Positions 40,072-49,436 of a stretch of 64,000 bases of DNA are shown in pieces. Positions within the stretch are counted from its first letter, which is position 1. Every line of letters starts with the position of its first letter. Source of the DNA: Alphaproteobacteria bacterium (GTDB lineage Bacteria > Pseudomonadota > Alphaproteobacteria > RF32 > CAG-239). The translations under genes and the position numbers were made by a program. The stretch lies in assembly GCA_015062435.1 (NCBI GenBank), contig SUUR01000007.1, positions 275-64,274 of the forward strand, in the 5' to 3' direction. The notes beneath the pieces are model-generated. The model saw nothing but the letters and a program-made list of their open reading frames with translations. It was not told the origin of the DNA and did no database searches.

Positions 40072-40436
40072 AATAAGTCTCCTTTGAGTTTCTCGATGAT
40101 TGCATTAAGATTATAACCGCACCAGTAGTTGTCATAATCAATGTAAGTGACTTCACATTGGGCAAATTGATATTGAGTGGTATCTTCACAAGTTATTTCC
40201 AAACATGTGGCATTGGCGGGACATTCGGTTAAGGGATATTCGCTAAAGTCACAAGCCGGACAAAAGACTACGGATAAATCGAACGGGCAACGAACAATCT
40301 CTTTGCCGGCACACTCACTTTCGGTTTGAGTATATCCCATTTCAGCACAAGTAGGTGGAGTAACGCATGATGTTTGAGCCAAAGATATTGAAGTCGATAA
40401 CAATATCATAGCTATGATAAATATGTATAATTTCAT
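40068..40436 (-). CDS. small secreted Cys-rich protein (11 Cys in ~101 mature residues)
   Basis: Signal peptide ending SLA. The module SCVTPPTCAEMGYTQTESECAGKEIVRCPFDLSVVFC is followed by CDFSEYPLT...TTQYQFAQCEVTY. GGAG lies 7 nt upstream of the ATG. Confidence 0.7.
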   Translation of the reverse strand: MKLYIFIIAMILLSTSISLAQTSCVTPPTCAEMGYTQTESECAGKEIVRCPFDLSVVFCPACDFSEYPLTECPANATCLEITCEDTTQYQFAQCEVTYIDYDNYWCGYNLNAIIEKLKGDLL

Positions 40437-40490
40437 CTCATGGCTCCGTTGTTCTTATTTTGTCATGCTCAGGCTCTTCTTTTTTCTGTC

Positions 40491-40513
40491 ATACTCCGGC
40501 TTGACCGGAGTAT
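40491..40513. repeat. short palindromic element
   Basis: ATACTCCGG-CTTGA-CCGGAGTAT, preceded by TGTCAT. Its layout resembles GTCAT-type palindromic intergenic repeats seen in other proteobacteria. Confidence 0.5.
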
Positions 40514-40532
40514 CTCTCTTAAGTTTTATGAG

Positions 40533-40555
40533 ATTGTCCGAACAAGTCGGACAAT
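40533..40555. repeat. short palindromic element
   Basis: ATTGTCCGA-ACAAG-TCGGACAAT, followed by an inverted TGTCAT motif (CAATGACAG). Confidence 0.5.
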
Positions 40556-40571
40556 GACAGTTAGGAGAGCA

Positions 40572-40710
40572 GACATTGTCATTAAAGGTGCCACTTTGGC
40601 GGATATGGACAAGCGGATAAACATGAGACATGTCTTGTGCATATTATGATACCTTAGTGGCACAATTATCTTTCCCATGTTCTAAGATAACATAGGTTTC
40701 GCGACATGTC
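40572..40710. promoter_or_regulatory. three copies of the palindrome GACAT(T)GTC
   Basis: GACATTGTC at 40572-40580, GACATGTC at 40627-40634 (within AGACATGTCT), and GACATGTC at 40703-40710. All lie in the divergent intergenic region. Confidence 0.35.
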
Positions 40711-40782
40711 AATCAAATATCAAAACAGGTGGACGAATTAGAAGAGTGCTTAGTCGATTTCACTAAAATATTAAAATTTTTC

Positions 40783-40810
40783 TTGCCACTCTTTAAATTT
40801 GGGATAATAT
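40783..40810 (+). promoter_or_regulatory. candidate sigma-70 promoter of the response-regulator gene
   Basis: TTGCCA - 16 nt - TAATAT, ~97 nt upstream of the ATG at 40907. Confidence 0.3.
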
Positions 40811-40906
40811 ATTTATATAAAACGCAAGTATTACTTAAATTTTCTGCTGGAGTCATCGGACTAGGACTAAACAAAGCTTTAGCAGTTTAGTATCCGGAGG
40901 AGTTAG

Positions 40907-41533
40907 ATGAAGATTCTTATTGCAGATGACCATGCCTTATTCCGTGATGGCTTAAGCCTTCATGTAGAAAAATTTGCTCCCAAAGCCATAATTTTACAAG
41001 CTGCCAATTTTTCGCAAGCAGTTAAGATTGCGCAATCAACTCCTGATTTGAACTTAATAATCATAGATTTAGACATGCCTGATATGGATTGGGCAGATGG
41101 TATACGTACTTTGCAAGAAACAGCACCAGATACAAGATTAGTCATAATTTCAGCTACGGAAGATGTTCGTAACATCAAAAAAGCATTGGATATGGGGGTT
41201 AGCGGTTATATTCCCAAACGTTCGGATACAAAGGTTATAACTTCAGCGCTTCATTTGATATTAGAGGGAGGAACATATTTACCTCCGTCAATAATGGAGC
41301 AAGCTAGTAAAGTCGTTGCAAGCACACAGAGTAGAAACAACAAACTTCTCACTCCTCGCCAAGAAGAGGTTTTGAGCTATGTTGCAGAAGGTATGTCAAA
41401 TAAACAAATCGCATACAAAATGAGTGTATCAGAGGCAACGGTAAAACTACACATAAACGCACTCTTACGAGCTATTGGTGCCACTAATAGAACTCAAGCT
41501 GTAATTATTGCTCAAAAACGAGGTCTGATCTGA
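40907..41533 (+). CDS. NarL/FixJ (LuxR-type HTH) response regulator, orphan
   Basis: REC domain (ILIADDH, phospho-acceptor context IIIDLDMPDMD, conserved K in GYIPK) plus a LuxR HTH (LTPRQEEVLSYVAEGMSNKQIAYKMSVSEATVKLHINALLRAIG). RBS GGAGGAG. No histidine kinase gene is adjacent. Confidence 0.9.
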   Translation: MKILIADDHALFRDGLSLHVEKFAPKAIILQAANFSQAVKIAQSTPDLNLIIIDLDMPDMDWADGIRTLQETAPDTRLVIISATEDVRNIKKALDMGVSGYIPKRSDTKVITSALHLILEGGTYLPPSIMEQASKVVASTQSRNNKLLTPRQEEVLSYVAEGMSNKQIAYKMSVSEATVKLHINALLRAIGATNRTQAVIIAQKRGLI

Positions 41534-41534
41534 T

Positions 41535-41987
41535 TTATAAATATAAACAATCGATTCCGGCTTCTTTAAACATTTGCTCAGAATAAATTAGTTTATCACG
41601 CCATGTTCCTTTCGGTGTGTTTTCATCAATTTCCACTTTTCTGGTCACAACCATCTTAATTCCGGATTGGATAATTGCTCTGGCACAATCCGGACAAGGC
41701 ATTGCTGTTACATAGATCACACATCCTTTTAGTGATGCACCGATAAGACAAGCATTATAAACCGCATTTCTTTCAGCATGTTCAAAAAAGTCATATTTTG
41801 TCGGCCTTTCCATACGTTCGGGAATATCATCATCAACCCCTCTTACAACGCCGTTATAACCTGTTGAGCGAATTTCTCTATCCGGTCCCACAACCACAGC
41901 ACCGATTTTAGATGAAGTATCCTTAGACCAAGAAGCAACCAATTCTGCGACTTCCATAAAACGTTTATGCCATTTTTCTGAAAACAT
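41535..41987 (-). CDS. deoxycytidylate (dCMP) deaminase
   Basis: Zinc motifs HAERNA and PCPDCARAI, 150 aa. Its stop lies 1 nt from the convergent regulator's stop. Confidence 0.9.
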   Translation of the reverse strand: MFSEKWHKRFMEVAELVASWSKDTSSKIGAVVVGPDREIRSTGYNGVVRGVDDDIPERMERPTKYDFFEHAERNAVYNACLIGASLKGCVIYVTAMPCPDCARAIIQSGIKMVVTRKVEIDENTPKGTWRDKLIYSEQMFKEAGIDCLYL

Positions 41988-42099
41988 AATGTTCTCCTTT
42001 TTTTATTTTTATATATTTTAGCATAATAAAATCTAAAAAACATACAACCATTTTTTATTTTAAGCACAAATCAGGTAAATTACTTGACAATGTGCATAA

Positions 42100-43428
<1,329 letters not shown>

Positions 43429-43444
43429 ATAATTTATATTTTTC

Positions 43445-43488
43445 AAAAAAAAATAAGCACCTTGTTATTTGCAAGGTGCTTTATTTTT
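43445..43488. terminator. bidirectional terminator (eno / glutaminase-like gene)
   Basis: A-run, then GCACCTTG-TTATTTG-CAAGGTGC, then a T-rich run. The stem overlaps the last codons of the minus-strand ORF. Confidence 0.65.
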
Positions 43489-44073
43489 AGTAGTATGTTC
43501 CATGTTTGTCTTAATGAGTGTTGACTTTATCGGACGATATTTTTTTATTTTACGGAAAGGGTTTACCTGATGTTTGTTTTGTTGAGAGCAAATATAGTTA
43601 TTAAGAGCTTCTATCTTTTTAGATGCGTCGGTTTCGGAATTTTTATCTTTGTTTAATTTTAATATCGATAATTTATCAATATCACAATCAAGTGTCCAAC
43701 ACCATTGTTTAAGAGTTGCTAATTTATCTCCGAACAATACCGGATCAGCAACCAAAAATTCGGTTTTATTGCAATCTTTATAAATAGGAACTTCTATAAT
43801 ACAAGCCACATGAAATTCCCACCAAACTTTATTAAATCCTGAATTGTCTTCTAAAGGCATATTAGCAGATACTCCGCCGTTAGGCTCTCTTTTGGAAGAA
43901 AAAGCACAAATTTTATGTGACTTATAACCGTCATTAGTTGCCGCCAGAGCTAACAGATGAGCAAAAGATCCACACATGTTATTTTCATAGGCAAAACATT
44001 GGTTTGGAAATTGTTTTAACCATTTTTTATAATCGCAATTATACTTATATAATTTGTTTGCATCTGTTTCCAT
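43465..44073 (-). CDS. protein-glutamine glutaminase-like (papain-fold Cys-His-Asp) protein with Lys-rich tail
   Basis: NMCGSFAHLL, WWEFHVACIIEV and LVADPVLF mirror, from memory, the Cys, His and Asp motifs of Chryseobacterium protein-glutaminase (DGCYARAHKM, WSYHVAILV, IIDPSLF). GAGG lies 5 nt upstream of the ATG. No signal peptide. Confidence 0.5.
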   Translation of the reverse strand: METDANKLYKYNCDYKKWLKQFPNQCFAYENNMCGSFAHLLALAATNDGYKSHKICAFSSKREPNGGVSANMPLEDNSGFNKVWWEFHVACIIEVPIYKDCNKTEFLVADPVLFGDKLATLKQWCWTLDCDIDKLSILKLNKDKNSETDASKKIEALNNYICSQQNKHQVNPFRKIKKYRPIKSTLIKTNMEHTTKNKAPCK

Positions 44074-44123
44074 ATCAACCTCATATCTTCATATCATAGC
44101 ATAAAAGGTTGCAAAAACCAATG

Positions 44124-44157
44124 AAAAAATCCCCGAGCTGGCTCGGGGATTTTTTTT
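44124..44157. terminator. bidirectional terminator downstream of glgP
   Basis: AAAAAA-TCCCCGAG-CTGG-CTCGGGGA-TTTTTTTT. Confidence 0.8.
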
Positions 44158-44162
44158 AAGAT

Positions 44163-46685
44163 TTATGCTGACATTTTTTTAGGGCTACAAGCCTTACGAG
44201 TTGCTTTTTTTACTTTAGTTTCCGATCCGCAAGGTTTTATGTTCCAGATATTTTTGGCATATTCCATGACTGCTCTGTCAGAGGTGAATTTTCCAATCCT
44301 TGCAACATTAAGAATTGCTTTCTGAGCCCAAATATCTTTATTGAGAAAGTCTTCTTCAACTTCTTCCATCTTTTGGTCAAAAGCTTCCAGATCAGACAAT
44401 ACAAAGAAGTAGTCCCGATTAACTAATTCTTCAAATATCGGTTTAAACAACAACACATAATCTTTCTCGCAAAACATATTAGAATTTACTGCATTTAATA
44501 TACGTTTAATATAGTTATTTTTTTCATAAATATCTCTGGGATTATAACTATTACGTTTTGCTTGAACTTCTTTCTCTGTCAATCCGAACAGATAGAAGTT
44601 TTCTTCACCAACTTCTTCTCTTATTTCAATATTTGCCCCATCAAGGGTACCAATAGTCAAAGCACCGTTAAGAGCAAATTTCATATTACCTGTACCGCTT
44701 GCTTCAAAACCGGCTGTTGAAGATTGTACGCTCAAATCCGCAGCAGGAATAAGAGTTTCAGCCAAAGATACTTTGTAGTCAGGAATAAATACCACTTTGA
44801 GCATATCGCTGACTCTCGGATCATTGTTTACAACATCGGCAACATTGTTAATCAGCTTAATGATTAATTTGGCAAAGTTATAAGAAGGCGCTGCTTTACC
44901 TGCAAAGATATACGTTTTAGGGCATGCCGGACGCACATTATCTTTGATAATATCCAAATAATCACCGATTACTTGTAATATTGTCATTAATTGACGTTTA
45001 TATTCATGAATACGTTTTGCATGAACAATGAACATACTTTCAGGTCTTATCATCACTCCTGTTGATTTAAACACTTTTTGTGCCAATCTCTTTTTATTTT
45101 CTGTTTTAACATCTTGGAAGGATTTGATAAATTTCTTATCATCAACAAATTCTTCCAATTGTCTTAAATCATTTAATTCCGTAATCCAAGATTCACCGAT
45201 TTTAGAACTGATTAAATCAGAAAGAGCCGTATTTGCGTGTAATAACCAACGTCTTGGAGTAATACCGTTTGTTACGTTTGAGAATTTCTCAGGCCATAAC
45301 TCATAAAATTCCGGAACCAATTTTGTTTTTATCAAATCAGAGTGAATTTGAGCAACTCCGTTCACAGAAAAAGATCCGACAATGGAGAGATTGGCCATTC
45401 TGATGATTTGATTATCTCCTTCACCGAATACAATCGCCACTTTATCCAATTTAGCTCTGTCATCACCAAACTTTGATCGGGCAAATTCCATAAAACGACG
45501 ATTAATTTCATATATGATTTGCAAATGTCTCGGCAACATTCTTCCGATAATTCTTGCCGGCCATGTTTCCAAAGCTTCTGGCAATAAAGTATGATTGGTA
45601 TACGCAAAAACTTTAGAAGTGATATCCCAAGCGTCGTTCCATTCTTGTCCGTATACATCAACCAATAACCGCATCATTTCAGCAATTGCGATAGCAGGGT
45701 GAGTATCATTGAGTTGGATAACAACGCTTTCCGGTAATTTGCTGAAATCTTCACTTTTTTCCAAGAAACGCCTTAAAATATCTTGAATAGCACAAGAGGC
45801 AAAGAAGTATTGCTGTTTGAGGCGCAATTCTTTTCCGGATTCTACTGCATCTGAAGGATATAATACTTTTGAAATTGTTTCTGTTTCAATTTTTTCTTTC
45901 ATAGCTTCAATATATCCGCCTTCATTAAAGATATGTATATCCAATTCATCATCGGTTTTTGCAGAGAACAGGCGCAAATAATTTACAGATTTACCGCTAT
46001 ATCCGACAATCGGAAAATCAAAAGGAATACCATATAGAGTCTTGGTATTCATCCACACAAAACTTTTTTGTCCGTTAGGATTATCCAATACTTCGACATC
46101 GCCATATATAGGGATTTTAACCACTCTGTCATGACGAGCAAATTGCCATGGAGAATTTTCAGCCAACCAACTGTCGGCTTGCTCAATTTGATAGCCGTTT
46201 TCAAATTTTTGTTTGAATAAACCGAACTTATAGTCAATCCCATATCCGAAACCGGCCAATCCCAGTGAAGCCATAGAGTCCAAATAACATGCAGCCAGTC
46301 TTCCCAAGCCTCCGTTGCCTAGTGCCGGATCATATTCGGCATCAAAAATTTCTTCCAAAGAAAAATTCGGTAATCCGTCAATTTTAATATCTTTAATAAT
46401 TTCAAACAATCCCAAGTTATGAAGATTATTTTCCAGTGATCTGCCGATAAGGTATTCTATTGATAAATAATACACACGTTTTGAGTTGCATTGATTGTAT
46501 CTGGCGATTGTTTCATACATTTTATCCATGGCAAATTCACGTACTGCCAAAGATATAGATTGAAGAGCCTCTTCTTTGGTAATTTCGCAAGTACGCTTAC
46601 CGATAAAATATTTGATGTAATGTTCAATAGAAAGCTTTAATCTTGCACGATCAATTTCACTAATAATTGTAGAACCTTTATTCAC
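44163..46685 (-). CDS. glgP: glycogen/maltodextrin phosphorylase
   Basis: 840 aa GT35 enzyme. PLP-site EASGTGNMKFALNGALTIGTLDGANIEI and GNGGLGRLAACYLDS. Confidence 0.95.
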   Translation of the reverse strand: MNKGSTIISEIDRARLKLSIEHYIKYFIGKRTCEITKEEALQSISLAVREFAMDKMYETIARYNQCNSKRVYYLSIEYLIGRSLENNLHNLGLFEIIKDIKIDGLPNFSLEEIFDAEYDPALGNGGLGRLAACYLDSMASLGLAGFGYGIDYKFGLFKQKFENGYQIEQADSWLAENSPWQFARHDRVVKIPIYGDVEVLDNPNGQKSFVWMNTKTLYGIPFDFPIVGYSGKSVNYLRLFSAKTDDELDIHIFNEGGYIEAMKEKIETETISKVLYPSDAVESGKELRLKQQYFFASCAIQDILRRFLEKSEDFSKLPESVVIQLNDTHPAIAIAEMMRLLVDVYGQEWNDAWDITSKVFAYTNHTLLPEALETWPARIIGRMLPRHLQIIYEINRRFMEFARSKFGDDRAKLDKVAIVFGEGDNQIIRMANLSIVGSFSVNGVAQIHSDLIKTKLVPEFYELWPEKFSNVTNGITPRRWLLHANTALSDLISSKIGESWITELNDLRQLEEFVDDKKFIKSFQDVKTENKKRLAQKVFKSTGVMIRPESMFIVHAKRIHEYKRQLMTILQVIGDYLDIIKDNVRPACPKTYIFAGKAAPSYNFAKLIIKLINNVADVVNNDPRVSDMLKVVFIPDYKVSLAETLIPAADLSVQSSTAGFEASGTGNMKFALNGALTIGTLDGANIEIREEVGEENFYLFGLTEKEVQAKRNSYNPRDIYEKNNYIKRILNAVNSNMFCEKDYVLLFKPIFEELVNRDYFFVLSDLEAFDQKMEEVEEDFLNKDIWAQKAILNVARIGKFTSDRAVMEYAKNIWNIKPCGSETKVKKATRKACSPKKMSA

Positions 46686-46858
46686 TTTGTAATACTCCTA
46701 TTAAAGATACGGATTTATCCCAAGATTAATCAAAATTGTTTGAAATATGGTTAATATATTTTTTAATTTAATAATTGTTTTTAATAATTCATCTTGTAAA
46801 ATGATTTTAGACTATTTATAATCCGAACTGATTTTAGAACATAAATTGAGGTAATTAA

Positions 46859-48214
46859 ATGAAACAACATTTTTTTGCAGGCGTTGCTGCAATAGCGTTA
46901 TTATCTTCTACTCCGGTATATGGGCAAAATATTTTTGAAGCACTTGGAGAAACATATAATACAAACCCTACTTTACAGGCAGAGCGGGCATATTTGCGCA
47001 GTATAGATGAGAATGTTGCTATTGCAAAATCAGGGTATCGTCCGAACATAGCTTTAACCGGAGGCTATCATGATACCAATGCTGATAATGATAAAGGTTC
47101 AAATAACGGAGATGTAACATCTACAACAATGGCAGCCAAGTTGTCACAACCTTTATTTAACGGCTTTTCTACCGTAAATTCCGTTAAGTCAGCAGATCAA
47201 CTGGTCAGAGCTGGGCAAAACAATTTATATAACGTTGAACAAAATGTATTTTTGGAAGCTTCAACGGCATATCTTGATGTTGTTAGAGATACAGCAATTG
47301 TTGAGCTGCAAAAAAACAATGAAAAATTGCTCAAAAAACGTTTAGATGAAACTCAACAACGTTTTAATGTCGGAGAAGTAACCCGTACAGATGTTTCTCA
47401 AGCCAAAGCCAGATATTCGCAAGCGATGTCAGATCGCATATCATCAGAAGGTAATCTTGAAGCATCTAAAGCTGTATATATAAAAATTATCGGAACAGAA
47501 CCGCAAGATTTAGAAGAACCGATGGCGATTCAAGACTTTTTACCTGAAAATTATGATGAAGCAATTAATATTGCCTTGTCCAACAATTATTCTATTCGCC
47601 AAGCCAAGCATTTATTTAATTCAAAAGGCTATGAAGTTTATGCCAATATGGGCGAGTTACTGCCTCAATTGAGTTTTGATGCATCTGCTTCTAAAGTAGA
47701 AACCGAAAATGATAATAAACTTATTGGAGATAATACTACGGATAGCGTTGAATGGGGGCTTAATTTATCGATTCCTTTATACAATTCCGGAGCTAGCAGA
47801 GCTCGCATACGTCAAAGCAAACACCAAAAATGGCAAGCTCAGGAAGTTGTGCTTGAAACTGAAAGATTTGTAAAAGCTTCTGTTTCGAGTGCTTGGGAAT
47901 ATATGAAATCCAATGAAACAAAGATATCAGCCATTAAAGATCAGGTAAAAGCTAATGAAATTGCATTAGACGGAGTGCAAAAAGAAGAAGCTCTCGGAAA
48001 TCGAACAATACTTGATGTTTTAGATGCTTACCAAGAACTTTTAAATTCCAATGTTAACGAAGTAAAAGCTCGTCGAGATTATTACGTTTCTGCAATGCAG
48101 TTATTGTTATCTATGGGTAAACTTACGGCAAAAGATCTTAAGCTTGGAGTTGACTTATATGATGCAAAAGAGTTTTACAAAGAAACAAAAGGAAAATGGT
48201 TGGCTCTCGAATAA
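46859..48214 (+). CDS. tolC: TolC-family outer membrane channel
   Basis: Signal peptide, then QNIFEALGETYNTNPTLQAERA. Duplicated OEP repeat structure, 451 aa. Confidence 0.9.
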   Translation: MKQHFFAGVAAIALLSSTPVYGQNIFEALGETYNTNPTLQAERAYLRSIDENVAIAKSGYRPNIALTGGYHDTNADNDKGSNNGDVTSTTMAAKLSQPLFNGFSTVNSVKSADQLVRAGQNNLYNVEQNVFLEASTAYLDVVRDTAIVELQKNNEKLLKKRLDETQQRFNVGEVTRTDVSQAKARYSQAMSDRISSEGNLEASKAVYIKIIGTEPQDLEEPMAIQDFLPENYDEAINIALSNNYSIRQAKHLFNSKGYEVYANMGELLPQLSFDASASKVETENDNKLIGDNTTDSVEWGLNLSIPLYNSGASRARIRQSKHQKWQAQEVVLETERFVKASVSSAWEYMKSNETKISAIKDQVKANEIALDGVQKEEALGNRTILDVLDAYQELLNSNVNEVKARRDYYVSAMQLLLSMGKLTAKDLKLGVDLYDAKEFYKETKGKWLALE

Positions 48215-48304
48215 TTAAATCTTTTCAAGAGCTGTAAAAGATACTTGAAACTACATTATTTTTGTGTAAAATGGTTTCTAAAGTTAATAAATAGGAATGT
48301 AAAC

Positions 48305-49342
48305 ATGGCAGAAGAAAACGTTCAAGATATGGAAATGGAAGATATTTTATCTTCAATTAAGAATATTTTGGAAGAAGATCAAGCGATTTCCCAATCTGCG
48401 CCTATAACACAAGCAGATGTTGTTTCAAGTACACCGCTTGAAACACCTTCTCAGTCGGCAGAAATCAATCAAGTTGAAACAGAAGATATTTTAGAGCTTT
48501 CCTCTGACATGCGTTTAGAAGAAACTCCGGTTGTTGAAGAAATCAACATAGATGCTGAGCTTGATAAGGTTGATCAGTTGCCGGATAATATAAATGAAGG
48601 TAACGAAAACGCCGGTGTTACACTTGGTAGTGAAGATCTGGATTCTGATCCTTTTTATGAAACAGATACCTCTATTGAAAATATCGACACAGTTGTTGAA
48701 GATATTGTGCCGGAGACTATAAATAATGTTTCCAATCAAGATACTTCCTCTTTTGTTGAGATGGTAGAACAACCTATATCAGATGGAGTTGAAGAAGTTG
48801 AAAATACAGAAAATTCATTTGCAGATAATATTATTACAGAACAAGAAAGTGTAGAGTTAGTAGAAGAAAACAACATCTCGGTAGAAACTGAACCGGTAAT
48901 ACACACATCTGAACCCCAAATATCTGAAGTTGTAGAACAAGTTGTAGAACAAGTTGAAGAACAAGCACCGGAACAAGAAGCCAAAGCTGATGATGCTGTT
49001 GATGTATCCGCCAGTATTATAAGCAATTTTGCCAAATTATTTTCACAAGAAACTCCAACCGAACAGGAAACAAAAACTATTGAGATGCCGGCCGAACCGA
49101 TAAGAGTTATCGGAGATGCTCAGTCGACTTTAGCCGATATCGTATCAGATGTTATCATGCAAATTATCGGAAAAGATGTTGCAACTCATTGGCAAGAAGG
49201 TCTTGATTATCATGCTCTTGCTCATCAAGAGATTGCACGTCAAACAAAAGAATGGTTAGAATTAAATCTTCCATCTGTTGTTGAAAAAATAGTTAAACAA
49301 GAAATTGAACGAGTGATGGCAAAGGTTGGCAATCATCAATAA
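48305..49342 (+). CDS. popZ: polar organizing protein PopZ (DUF2497) with very long acidic linker
   Basis: N-terminal MEMEDILSSIKNILEED matches Caulobacter PopZ TMEEILASIRRIISED. C-terminal KEWLELNLPSVVEKIVKQEIERV matches KEWLDQNLPRIVETKVEEEVQRI. I chose the ATG at 48305 rather than the track start at 48245. Confidence 0.85.
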   Translation: MAEENVQDMEMEDILSSIKNILEEDQAISQSAPITQADVVSSTPLETPSQSAEINQVETEDILELSSDMRLEETPVVEEINIDAELDKVDQLPDNINEGNENAGVTLGSEDLDSDPFYETDTSIENIDTVVEDIVPETINNVSNQDTSSFVEMVEQPISDGVEEVENTENSFADNIITEQESVELVEENNISVETEPVIHTSEPQISEVVEQVVEQVEEQAPEQEAKADDAVDVSASIISNFAKLFSQETPTEQETKTIEMPAEPIRVIGDAQSTLADIVSDVIMQIIGKDVATHWQEGLDYHALAHQEIARQTKEWLELNLPSVVEKIVKQEIERVMAKVGNHQ

Positions 49343-49369
49343 ACATTGTGCCGACCTCCAATCCTTTAT

Positions 49370-49400
49370 GCCCCCGAGGATAGCCTTGAGGGCTTTTTGC
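49370..49400 (+). terminator. rho-independent terminator of popZ
   Basis: GCCCCCGAGG-ATAG-CCTTGAGGGC (two wobble or mismatch positions) followed by TTTTTGCG. Confidence 0.55.
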
Positions 49401-49436
49401 GTAAAAATGAATTATCACTGAATTGGAATAAATAAA

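Noticed and set aside
40440-40649. 69-aa plus-strand ORF in the Cys-operon / regulator intergenic region
   Set aside because: Its sequence (..FCHAQA..SVILRLDRSIS..IVRTSRTMT..) is simply the translation of the palindromic TGTCAT/hairpin elements. There is no RBS, and the pattern matches the spurious ORFs such repeats create.
40658-40675. TGGCAC-AATTA-TCTTT upstream of the response regulator as a second sigma-54 promoter
   Set aside because: The -12 element lacks the conserved GC (TCTT instead of TTGC), so this is probably a chance TGGCAC.
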